Below, piece by piece: positions 1 through 11,300 of a stretch of DNA of 64,000 bases. The translations under genes and the position numbers were made by a program. The notes under the pieces are model-generated. The model searched no databases. It was not told the origin of the DNA and saw only the letters and a program-made list of their open reading frames with translations. Every line of letters begins with the position of its first letter. Position 1 is the first letter of the stretch. Origin of the DNA: Eledone cirrhosa (taxonomy: Eukaryota); assembly GCA_964016885.1 (NCBI GenBank), contig OZ024743.1, positions 233,554,001 through 233,618,000 of the forward strand. Reading direction: 5' to 3'.

Positions 1-170
1 CGGCGGAGTTACCTTTTCAATCGCGGGCCGGCCGCCCGTGGTCGGATCGATCTGTAATTACTGGTACATGTGCAGACACTCATTGGCTATGTGTGGCGTG
101 AATTTCAGCAAGATATCTCCGTAAAATCAATAGTTGTGGCTGTGGAACCAAACCGTGTTAAACGTCAGCA

Positions 171-237
171 AAGTCCGCCGGCGAATGGTGTGCTTCGAAG
201 AAAACGAATCCAAAAATGACGATTTGCCGGCGGAGTT
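171..237. repeat. Internal inverted repeat of the monomer (20-bp arms, 27-bp spacer); first full copy shown, present in every unit
   Basis: AAGTCCGCCGGCGAATGGTG (171-190) versus the reverse complement of GACGATTTGCCGGCGGAGTT (218-237) matches at 16/20. The core TCCGCCGGCGAAT/ATTTGCCGGCGGA matches at 12/13. Confidence 0.85.
193..209 (+). promoter_or_regulatory. CENP-B-box-like 17-mer (similarity only; one per monomer)
   Basis: CTTCGAAGAAAACGAAT versus the human box CTTCGTTGGAAACGGGA is 11/17 identical and keeps 7 of the 9 core positions of NTTCGNNNNANNCGGGN. The final GG is missing. Confidence 0.3.
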
Positions 238-305
238 ACTTTTTCAATCGCGGCCCGGCCGCCCGTGGTCGGATCGATCTGTAATTACTGGTACATGTGC
301 AGACA

Positions 306-316
306 CTCATTGGCTA
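306..316 (-). promoter_or_regulatory. NF-Y-type CCAAT box motif (one per monomer; function unproven)
   Basis: The minus strand reads TAGCCAATGAG, matching the extended YRRCCAATSRG consensus. In block B it reads on +, e.g. 8487-8497. Confidence 0.25.
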
Positions 317-814
317 TGTGTGGCGTGAATTTCAGCAAGATATCTCCGTAAAATCAATAGTTGTGGCTGTGGAACCAAACCGTGTTAAACGTCAGCAAAG
401 TCCGCCGGCGAATGGTGTGCTTCGAAGAAAACGAATCCAAAAATGACGATTTGCCGGCGGAGTTACCTTTTCAATCGCGGGCCGGCCGCCCGTGGTCGGA
501 TCGATCTGTAATTACTGGTAGATGTGCAGACACTCATTGGCTATGGGTTGCGTGAATTTCAGCAAGATATCTCCGTAAAATCAATAGTTGTGGCTGTGGA
601 ACCAAACCGTGTTAAACGTCAACAAAGTCCGCCGGCGAATGGTGTGCTTCGAAGAAAACGAATCCAAAAATGACGATTTGCCGGCGGAGTTACCTTTTCA
701 ATCGCGGGCCGGCCGCCCGTGGTCGGATCGATCTGTAATTACTGGTACATGTGCAGACACTCATTGGCTATGGGTTGCGTGAATTTCAGCAAGATATCTC
801 CGTAAAATCAATAG

Positions 815-1041
815 TTGTGGCTGTGGAACCAAACCGTGTTAAACGTCAACAAAGTCCGCCGGCGAATGGTGTGCTTCGAAGAAAACGAATCCAAAAATGA
901 CGATTTGCCGGCGGAGTTACCTTTTCAATCGCGGGCCGGCCGCCCGTGGTCGGATCGATCTGTAATTACTGGTACATGTGCAGACACTCATTGGCTATGT
1001 GTGGCGTGAATTTCAGCAAGATATCTCCGTAAAATCAATAG
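815..1041 (+). repeat. Representative consensus monomer (227 bp)
   Basis: TTGTGGCTGTGGAACCAAACCGTGTTAAACGTCAACAAAGTCCGCCGGCGAATGGTGTGCTTCGAAGAAAACGAATCCAAAAATGACGATTTGCCGGCGGAGTTACCTTTTCAATCGCGGGCCGGCCGCCCGTGGTCGGATCGATCTGTAATTACTGGTACATGTGCAGACACTCATTGGCTATGTGTGGCGTGAATTTCAGCAAGATATCTCCGTAAAATCAATAG. Hand count is 111/227 G+C. The monomer phase is arbitrary. Confidence 0.97.
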
Positions 1042-4000
1042 TTGTGGCTGTGGAACCAAACCGTGTTAAACGTCAACAAAGTCCGCCGGCGAATGGTGTG
1101 CTTCGAAGAAAACGAATCCAAAAATGACGATTTGCCGGCGGAGTTACCTTTTCAATCGCGGGCCGGCCGCCCGTGGTCGGATCGATCTGTAATTACTGGT
1201 ACATGTGCAGACACTCATTGGCTATGGGTGGCGTGAATTTCAGCAAGATATCTCCGTAAAATCAATAGTTGTGGCTGTGGAACCAAACCGTGTTAAACGT
1301 CAACAAAGTCCGCCGGCGAATGGTGTGCTTCGAAGAAAACGAATCCAAAAATGACGATTTGCCGGCGGAGTTACCTTTTCAATCGCGGGCCGGCCGCCCG
1401 TGGTCGGATCGATCTGTAATTACTGGTACATGTGCAGACACTCATTGGCTATGTGTGGCGTGAATTTCAGCAAGATATCTCCGTAAAATCAATAGTTGTG
1501 GCTGTGGAACCAAACCGTGTTAAACGTCAGCAAAGTCCGCCGGCGAATGGTGTGCTTCGAAGAAAACGAATCCAAAAATGACGATTTGCCGGCGGAGTTA
1601 CCTTTTCAATCGCGGGCCGGCCGCCCGTGGTCGGATCGATCTGTAATTACTGGTACATGTGCAGACACTCATTGGCTATGTGTGGCTTGAATTTCAGCAA
1701 GATATCTCCGTAAAATCAATAGTTGTGGCTGTGGAACCAAACCGTGTTAAACGTCAACAAAGTCCGCCGGCGAATGGTGTGCTTCGAAGAAAACGAATCC
1801 AAAAATGACGATTTGCCGGCGGAGTTACCTTTTCAATCGCGGGCCGGCCGCCCGTGGTCGGATCGATCTGTAATTACTGGTACATGTGCAGACACTCATT
1901 GGCTATGGGTGGCGTGAATTTCAGCAAGATATCTCCGTAAAATCAATAGTTGTGGCTGTGGAACCAAACCGTGTTAAACGTCAGCAAAGTCCGCCGGCGA
2001 ATGGTGTGCTTCGAAGAAAACGAATCCAAAAATGACGATTTGCCGGCGGAGTTACCTTTTCAATCGCGGGCCGGCCGCCCGTGGTCGGATCGATCTGTAA
2101 TTACTGGTACCTGTGCAGACACTCATTGGCTATGGGTGGCGTGAATTTCAGCAAGATATCTCCGTAAAATCAATAGTTGTGGCTGTGGAACCAAACCGTG
2201 TTAAACGTCAGCAAAGTCCGCCGGCAAATGGTGTGCTTCGAAGAAAACGAATCCAAAAATGACGATTTGCCGGCGGAGTTACCTTTTCAATCGCGGGCCG
2301 GCCGCCCGTGGTCGGATCGATCTGTAATTACTGGTACATGTGCAGACACTCATTGGCTATGTGTGGCTTGAATTTCAGCAAGATATCTCCGTAAAATCAA
2401 TAGTTGTGGCTGTGGAACCAAACCGTGTTAAACGTCAGCAAAGTCCGCCGGCGAATGGTGTGCTTCGAAGAAAACGAATCCAAAAATGACGATTTGCCGG
2501 CGGAGTTACCTTTTCAATCGCGGGCCGGCCGCCCGTGGTCGGATCGATCTGTAATTACTGGTACATGTGCAGACACTCATTGGCTATGGGTGGCGTGAAT
2601 TTCAGCAAGATATCTCCGTAAAATCAATAGTTGTGGCTGTGGAACCAAACCGTGTTAAACGTCAACAAAGTCCGCCGGCGAATGGTGTGCTTCGAAGAAA
2701 ACGAATCCAAAAATGACGATTTGCCGGCGGAGTTACCTTTTAAATCGCGGGCCGGCCGCCCGTGGTCGGATCGATCTGTAATTACTGGTACATGTGCAGA
2801 CACTCATTGGCTATGGGTGGCGTGAATTTCAGCAAGATATCTCCGTAAAATCAATAGTTGTGGCTGTGGAACCAAACCGTGTTAAACGTCAACAAAGTCC
2901 GCCGGCGAATGGTGTGCTTCGAAGAAAACGAATCCAAAAATGACGATTTGCCGGCGGAGTTACCTTTTCAATCGCGGGCCGGCCGCCCGTGGTCGGATCG
3001 ATCTGTAATTACTGGTACATGTGCAGACACTCATTGGCTATGTGTGGCGTGAATTTCAGCAAGATATCTCCGTAAAATCAATAGTTGTGGCTGTGGAACC
3101 AAACCGTGTTAAACGTCAACAAAGTCCGCCGGCGAATGGTGTGCTTCGAAGAAAACGAATCCAAAAATGACGATTTGCCGGCGGAGTTACCTTTTAAATC
3201 GCGGGCCGGCCGCCCGTGGTCGGATCGATCTGTAATTACTGGTACATGTGCAGACACTCATTGGCTATGGGTGGCGTGAATTTCAGCAAGATATCTCCGT
3301 AAAATCAATAGTTGTGGCTGTGGAACCAAACCGTGTTAAACGTCAACAAAGTCCGCCGGCGAATGGTGTGCTTCGAAGAAAACGAATCCAAAAATGACGA
3401 TTTGCCGGCGGAGTTACCTTTTCAATCGCGGGCCGGCCGCCCGTGGTCGGATCGATCTGTAATTACTGGTACATGTGCAGACACTCATTGGCTATGTGTG
3501 GCGTGAATTTCAGCAAGATATCTCCGTAAAATCAATAGTTGTGGCTGTGGAACCAAACCGTGTTAAACGTCCGCAAAGTCCGCCGGCGAATGGTGTGCTT
3601 CGAAGAAAACGAATCCAAAAATGACGATTTGCCGGCGGAGTTACCTTTTCAATCGCGGGCCGGCCGCCCGTGGTCGGATCGATCTGTAATTACTGGTACC
3701 TGTGCAGACACTCATTGGCTATGGGTGGCGTGAATTTCAGCAAGATATCTCCGTAAAATCAATAGTTGTGGCTGTGGAACCAAACCGTGTTAAACGTCAA
3801 CAAAGTCCGCCGGCGAATGGTGTGCTTCGAAGAAAACGAATCCAAAAATGACGATTTGCCGGCGGAGTTACCTTTTCAATCGCGGGCCGGCCGCCCGTGG
3901 TCGGATCGATCTGTAATTACTGGTACATGTGCAGACACTCATTGGCTATGTGTGGCGTGAATTTCAGCAAGATATCTCCGTAAAATCAATAGTTGTGGCT

Positions 4001-7000
4001 GTGGAACCAAACCGTGTTAAACGTCAGCAAAGTCCGCCGGCGAATGGTGTGCTTCGAAGAAAACGAATCCAAAAATGACGATTTGCCGGCGGAGTTACCT
4101 TTTCAATCGCGGGCCGGCCGCCCGTGGTCGGATCGATCTGTAATTACTGGTACCTGTGCAGACACTCATTGGCTATGGGTGGCGTGAATTTCAGCAAGAT
4201 ATCTCCGTAAAATCAATAGTTGTGGCTGTGGAACCAAACCGTGTTAAACGTCAACAAAGTCCGCCGGCGAATGGTGTGCTTCGAAGAAAACGAATCCAAA
4301 AATGACGATTTGCCGGCGGAGTTACCTTTTCAGTCGCGGGCCGGCCGCCCGTGGTCGGATCGATCTGTAATTACTGGTACATGTGCAGACACTCATTGGC
4401 TATGGGTTGCGTGAATTTCAGCAAGATATCTCCGTAAAATCAATAGTTGTGGCTGTGGAACCAAACCGTGTTAAACGTCAACAAAGTCCGCCGGCGAATG
4501 GTGTGCTTCGAAGAAAACGAATCCAAAAATGACGATTTGCCGGCGGAGTTACCTTTTCAATCGCGGGCCGGCCGCCCGTGGTCGGATCGATCTGTAATTA
4601 CTGGTACATGTGCAGACACTCATTGGCTATGTGTGGCGTGAATTTCAGCAAGATATCTCCGTAAAATCAATAGTTGTGGCTGTGGAACCAAACCGTGTTA
4701 AACGTCAACAAAGTCCGCCGGCGAATGGTGTGCTTCGAAGAAAACGAATCCAAAAATGACGATTTGCCGGCGGAGTTACCTTTTCAATCGCGGGCCGGCC
4801 GCCCGTGGTCGGATCGATCTGTAATTACTGGTACATGTGCAGACACTCATTGGCTATGGGTGGCGTGAATTTCAGCAAGATATCTCCGTAAAATCAATAG
4901 TTGTGGCTGTGGAACCAAACCGTGTTAAACGTCAACAAAGTCCGCCGGCGAATGGTGTGCTTCGAAGAAAACGAATCCAAAAATGACGATTTGCCGGCGG
5001 AGTTACCTTTTCAATCGCGGGCCGGCCGCCCGTGGTCGGATCGATCTGTAATTACTGGTACATGTGCAGACACTCATTGGCTATGTGTGGCGTGAATTTC
5101 AGCAAGATATCTCCGTAAAATCAATAGTTGTGGCTGTGGAACCAAACCGTGTTAAACGTCAGCAAAGTCCGCCGGCGAATGGTGTGCTTCGAAGAAAACG
5201 AATCCAAAAATGACGATTTGCCGGCGGAGTTACCTTTTCAATCGCGGGCCGGCCGCCCGTGGTCGGATCGATCTGTAATTACTGGTACATGTGCAGACAC
5301 TCATTGGCTATGGGTGGCGTGAATTTCAGCAAGATATCTCCGTAAAATCAATAGTTGTGGCTGTGGAACCAAACCGTGTTAAACGTCAACAAAGTCCGCC
5401 GGCGAATGGTGTGCTTCGAAGAAAACGAATCCAAAAATGACGATTTGCCGGCGGAGTTACCTTTTCAATCGCGGGCCGGCCGCCCGTGGTCGGATCGATC
5501 TGTAATTACTGGTACATGTGCAGACACTCATTGGCTATGTGTGGCGTGAATTTCAGCAAGATATCTCCGTAAAATCAATAGTTGTGGCTGTGGAACCAAA
5601 CCGTGTTAAACGTCAACAAAGTCCGCCGGCGAATGGTGTGCTTCGAAGAAAACGAATCCAAAAATGACGATTTGCCGGCGGAGTTACCTTTTAAATCGCG
5701 GGCCGGCCGCCCGTGGTCGGATCGATCTGTAATTACTGGTACATGTGCAGACACTCATTGGCTATGGGTGGCGTGAATTTCAGCAAGATATCTCCGTAAA
5801 ATCAATAGTTGTGGCTGTGGAACCAAACCGTGTTAAACGTCAACAAAGTCCGCCGGCGAATGGTGTGCTTCGAAGAAAACGAATCCAAAAATGACGATTT
5901 GCCGGCGGAGTTACCTTTTCAATCGCGGGCCGGCCGCCCGTGGTCGGATCGATCTGTAATTACTGGTACATGTGCAGACACTCATTGGCTATGTGTGGCG
6001 TGAATTTCAGCAAGATATCTCCGTAAAATCAATAGTTGTGGCTGTGGAACCAAACCGTGTTAAACGTCCGCAAAGTCCGCCGGCGAATGGTGTGCTTCGA
6101 AGAAAACGAATCCAAAAATGACGATTTGCCGGCGGAGTTACCTTTTCAATCGCGGGCCGGCCGCCCGTGGTCGGATCGATCTGTAATTACTGGTACCTGT
6201 GCAGACACTCATTGGCTATGGGTGGCGTGAATTTCAGCAAGATATCTCCGTAAAATCAATAGTTGTGGCTGTGGAACCAAACCGTGTTAAACGTCAACAA
6301 AGTCCGCCGGCGAATGGTGTGCTTCGAAGAAAACGAATCCAAAAATGACGATTTGCCGGCGGAGTTACCTTTTCAATCGCGGGCCGGCCGCCCGTGGTCG
6401 GATCGATCTGTAATTACTGGTACATGTGCAGACACTCATTGGCTATGGGTTGCGTGAATTTCAGCAAGATATCTCCGTAAAATCAATAGTTGTGGCTGTG
6501 GAACCAAACCGTGTTAAACGTCAACAAAGTCCGCCGGCGAATGGTGTGCTTCGAAGAAAACGAATCCAAAAATGACGATTTGCCGGCGGAGTTACCTTTT
6601 CAATCGCGGGCCGGCCGCCCGTGGTCGGATCGATCTGTAATTACTGGTACATGTGCAGACACTCATTGGCTATGTGTGGCGTGAATTTCAGCAAGATATC
6701 TCCGTAAAATCAATAGTTGTGGCTGTGGAACCAAACCGTGTTAAACGTCAACAAAGTCCGCCGGCGAATGGTGTGCTTCGAAGAAAACGAATCCAAAAAT
6801 GACGATTTGCCGGCGGAGTTACCTTTTCAATCGCGGGCCGGCCGCCCGTGGTCGGATCGATCTGTAATTACTGGTACATGTGCAGACACTCATTGGCTAT
6901 GTGTGGCGTGAATTTCAGCAAGATATCTCCGTAAAATCAATAGTTGTGGCTGTGGAACCAAACCGTGTTAAACGTCAACAAAGTCCGCCGGCGAATGGTG

Positions 7001-8146
7001 TGCTTCGAAGAAAACGAATCCAAAAATGACGATTTGCCGGCGGAGTTACCTTTTCAATCGCGGGCCGGCCGCCCGTGGTCGGATCGATCTGTAATTACTG
7101 GTACATGTGCAGACACTCATTGGCTATGTGTGGCGTGAATTTCAGCAAGATATCTCCGTAAAATCAATAGTTGTGGCTGTGGAACCAAACCGTGTTAAAC
7201 GTCAGCAAAGTCCGCCGGCAAATGGTGTGCTTCGAAGAAAACGAATCCAAAAATGACGATTTGCAGGCGGAGTTACCTTTTCAATCGCGGGCCGGCCGCC
7301 CGTGGTCGGATCGATCTGTAATTACTGGTACATGTGCAGACACTCATTGGCTATGTGTGGCTTGAATTTCAGCAAGATATCTCCGTAAAATCAATAGTTG
7401 TGGCTGTGGAACCAAACCGTGTTAAACGTCAGCAAAGTCCGCCGGCGAATGGTGTGCTTCGAAGAAAACGAATCCAAAAATGACGATTTGCCGGCGGAGT
7501 TACCTTTTCAATCGCGGGCCGGCCGCCCGTGGTCGGATCGATCTGTAATTACTGGTACATGTGCAGACACTCATTGGCTATGGGTGGCGTGAATTTCAGC
7601 AAGATATCTCCGTAAAATCAATAGTTGTGGCTGTGGAACCAAACCGTGTTAAACGTCAACAAAGTCCGCCGGCGAATGGTGTGCTTCGAAGAAAACGAAT
7701 CCAAAAATGACGATTTGCCGGCGGAGTTACCTTTTCAATCGCGGGCCGGCCGCCCGTGGTCGGATCGATCTGTAATTACTGGTACATGTGCAGACACTCA
7801 TTGGCTATGTGTGGCGTGAATTTCAGCAAGATATCTCCGTAAAATCAATAGTTGTGGCTGTGGAACCAAACCGTGTTAAACGTCAACAAAGTCCGCCGGC
7901 GAATGGTGTGCTTCGAAGAAAACGAATCCAAAAATGACGATTTGCCGGCGGAGTTACCTTTTAAATCGCGGGCCGGCCGCCCGTGGTCGGATCGATCTGT
8001 AATTACTGGTACATGTGCAGACACTCATTGGCTATGGGTGGCGTGAATTTCAGCAAGATATCTCCGTAAAATCAATAGTTGTGGCTGTGGAACCAAACCG
8101 TGTTAAACGTCAACAAAGTCCGCCGGCGAATGGTGTGCTTCGAAGA

Positions 8147-8346
8147 NNNNNNNNNNNNNNNNNNNNNNNNNNNNNNNNNNNNNNNNNNNNNNNNNNNNNN
8201 NNNNNNNNNNNNNNNNNNNNNNNNNNNNNNNNNNNNNNNNNNNNNNNNNNNNNNNNNNNNNNNNNNNNNNNNNNNNNNNNNNNNNNNNNNNNNNNNNNNN
8301 NNNNNNNNNNNNNNNNNNNNNNNNNNNNNNNNNNNNNNNNNNNNNN
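8147..8346. other. Assembly/scaffold gap (200 N) coinciding with the switch in array orientation
   Basis: There are exactly 200 N. The round length indicates a placeholder of unknown true size. Monomers are + on the left and - on the right. Confidence 0.98.
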
Positions 8347-11300
8347 CGGCAAATCGTCATTTTTGGATTCGTTTTCTTCGAAGCACACCATTCGCCGGCG
8401 GACTTTGTTGACGTTTAACACGGTTTGGTTCCACAGCCACAACTATTGATTTTACGGAGATATCTTGCTGAAATTCACGCCACACATAGCCAATGAGTGT
8501 CTGCACATGTACCAGTAATTACAGATCGATCCGACCACGGGCGGCCGGCCCGCGATTGAAAAGGTAACTCCGCGGCAAATCGTCAATTTTGGATTCGTTT
8601 TCTTCGAAGCACACCATTCGCCGGCGGACTTTGTTGACGTTTAACACGGTTTGGTTCCACAGCCACAACTATTGATTTTACGGAGATATCTTGCTGAAAT
8701 TCACGCCACTACATAGCCAATGAGTGTCTGCACATGTACCAGTAATTACAGATCGATCCGACCACGGGCGGCCGGCCCGCGATTGAAAAGGTAACTCCGC
8801 CGGCAAATCGTCAATTTTGGATTCGTTTTCTTCGAAGCACACCATTCGCCGGCGGACTTTGTTGACGTTTAACACGGTTTGGTTCCACAGCCACAACTAT
8901 TGATTTTACGGAGATATCTTGCTGAAATTCACGCCACACATAGCCAATGAGTGTCTGCACATGTACCAGTAATTACAGATCGATCCGACCACGGGCGGCC
9001 GGCCCGCGATTGAAAAGGTAACTCCGCCGGCAAATCGTCATTTTTGGATTCGTTTTCTTCGAAGCACACCATTCGCCGGCGGACTTTGTTGACGTTTAAC
9101 ACGGTTTGGTTCCACAGCCACAACTATTGATTGTACGGAGATATCTTGCTGAAATTCACGCCACACATAGCCAATGAGTGTCTGCACATGTACCAGTAAT
9201 TACAGATCGATCCGACCACGGGCGGCCGGCCCCGCGATTGAAAAGGTAACTCCGCCGGCAAATCGTCATTTTTGGATTCGTTTTCTTCGAAGCACACCAT
9301 TCGCCGGCGGACTTTGTTGACGTTTAACACGGTTTGGTTCCACAGCCACAACTATTGATTTTACGGAGATATCTTGCTGAAATTCACGCCACACATAGCC
9401 AATGAGTGTCTGCACATGTACCAGTAATTACAGATCGATCCGACCACGGGCGGCCGGCCCGCGATTGAAAAGGTAACTCCGCCGGCAAATCGTCATTTTT
9501 GGATTCGTTTTCTTCGAAGCACACCATTCGCCGGCGGACTTTGTTGACGTTTAACACGGTTTGGTTCCACAGCCACAACTATTGATTTTACGGAGATATC
9601 TTGCTGAAATTCACGCCACACATAGCCAATGAGTGTCTGCACATGTACCAGTAATTACAGATCGATCCGACCACGGGCGGCCGGCCCGCGATTGAAAAGG
9701 TAACTCCGCCGGCAAATCGTCATTTTTGGATTCGTTTTCTTCGAAGCACACCATTCGCCGGCGGACTTTGTTGACGTTTAACACGGTTTGGTTCCACAGC
9801 CACAACTATTGATTTTACGGAGATATCTTGCTGAAATTCACGCCACACATAGCCAATGAGTGTCTGCACATGTACCAGTAATTACAGATCGATCCGACCA
9901 CGGGCGGCCGGCCCGCGATTGAAAAGGTAACTCCGCCGGCAAATCGTCATTTTTGGATTCGTTTTCTTCGAAGCACACCATTCGCCGGCGGACTTTGTTG
10001 ACGTTTAACACGGTTTGGTTCCACAGCCACAACTATTGATTTTACGGAGATATCTTGCTGAAATTCACGCCACACATAGCCAATGAGTGTCTGCACATGT
10101 ACCAGTAATTACAGATCGATCCGACCACGGGCGGCCGGCCCGCGATTGAAAAGGTAACTCCGCCGGCAAATCGTCATTTTTGGATTCGTTTTCTTCGAAG
10201 CACACCATTCGCCGGCGGACTTTGTTGACGTTTAACACGGTTTGGTTCCACAGCCACAACTATTGATTTTACGGAGATATCTTGCTGAAATTCACGCCAC
10301 ACATAGCCAATGAGTGTCTGCACATGTACCAGTAATTACAGATCGATCCGACCACGGGCGGCCGGCCCGCGATTGAAAAGGTAACTCCGCCGGCAAATCG
10401 TCATTTTTGGATTCGTTTTCTTCGAAGCACACCATTCGCCGGCGGACTTTGTTGACGTTTAACACGGTTTGGTTCCACAGCCACAACTATTGATTTTACG
10501 GAGATATCTTGCTGAAATTCACGCCACACATAGCCAATGAGTGTCTGCACATGTACCAGTAATTACAGATCGATCCGACCACGGGCGGCCGGCCCGCGAT
10601 TGAAAAGGTAACTCCGCCGGCAAATCGTCATTTTTGGATTCGTTTTCTTCGAAGCACACCATTCGCCGGCGGACTTTGTTGACGTTTAACACGGTTTGGT
10701 TCCACAGCCACAACTATTGATTTTACGGAGATATCTTGCTGAAATTCACGCCACACATAGCCAATGAGTGTCTGCACATGTACCAGTAATTACAGATCGA
10801 TCCGACCACGGTCGGCCGGCCCGCGATTGAAAAGGTAACTCCGCCGGCAAATCGTCATTTTTGGATTCGTTTTCTTCGAAGCACACCATTCGCCGGCGGA
10901 CTTTGTTGACGTTTAACACGGTTTGGTTCCACAGCCACAACTATTGATTTTACGGAGATATCTTGCTGAAATTCACGCCACACATAGCCAATGAGTGTCT
11001 GCACATGTACCAGTAATTACAGATCGATCCGACCACGGGCGGCCGGCCCGCGATTGAAAAGGTAACTCCGCCGGCAAATCGTCATTTTTGGATTCGTTTT
11101 CTTCGAAGCACACCATTCGCCGGCGGACTTTGTTGACGTTTAACACGGTTTGGTTCCACAGCCACAACTATTGATTTTACGGAGATATCTTGCTGAAATT
11201 CACGCCACACATAGCCAATGAGTGTCTGCACATGTACCAGTAATTACAGATCGATCCGACCACGGGCGGCCGGCCCGCGATTGAAAAGGTAACTCCGCCG

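Larger units (their letters stand above)
1..8146 (+). repeat. 227-bp satellite DNA array, block A (~36 monomers; runs off window start, ends at gap)
   Basis: The same unit recurs with exact 227-bp spacing (ORF starts 134, 361, 588 ... 8079). There are no indels and only a few substitutions per unit. Strand is defined by the ORF-track orientation. Confidence 0.99.

Noticed and set aside
891-897. CAAAA motif and phased A-tracts implying DNA curvature
   Set aside because: Only a few short A/T tracts occur, without a sustained ~10-bp phase. The motif is too short to be informative.
896-930. Hammerhead ribozyme as in newt, schistosome and cricket satellites
   Set aside because: ATGACGA is one base off the CTGANGA core, and no stem II followed by GAAA is present on either strand.
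815-1041. 5S rDNA, tRNA or SINE-derived tandem unit
   Set aside because: There are no 5S conserved blocks or cloverleaf. CTTCGAAGC only loosely resembles a B box, with no properly matching A box.
8015-8449. Longer ORFs (85-144 aa) around the gap, and 72-85 aa ORFs at 8678, 9124, 11427, 14581 and 19141
   Set aside because: These are artefacts of reading through Ns or of singleton frameshifting indels.
9000-9065. Spliced-leader RNA or snRNA gene array (AAG|GTAAC followed by Sm-like ATTTTTGG, variant AATTTTGG, and a small hairpin)
   Set aside because: The upstream segment is GC-rich and matches no SL exon I know. The Sm-like site lacks the 5' purine in the consensus, the stems are weak, and HOR-type evolution fits satellite DNA. 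It would be revived only if mRNA 5' ends carried ...GCGATTGAAAAG.
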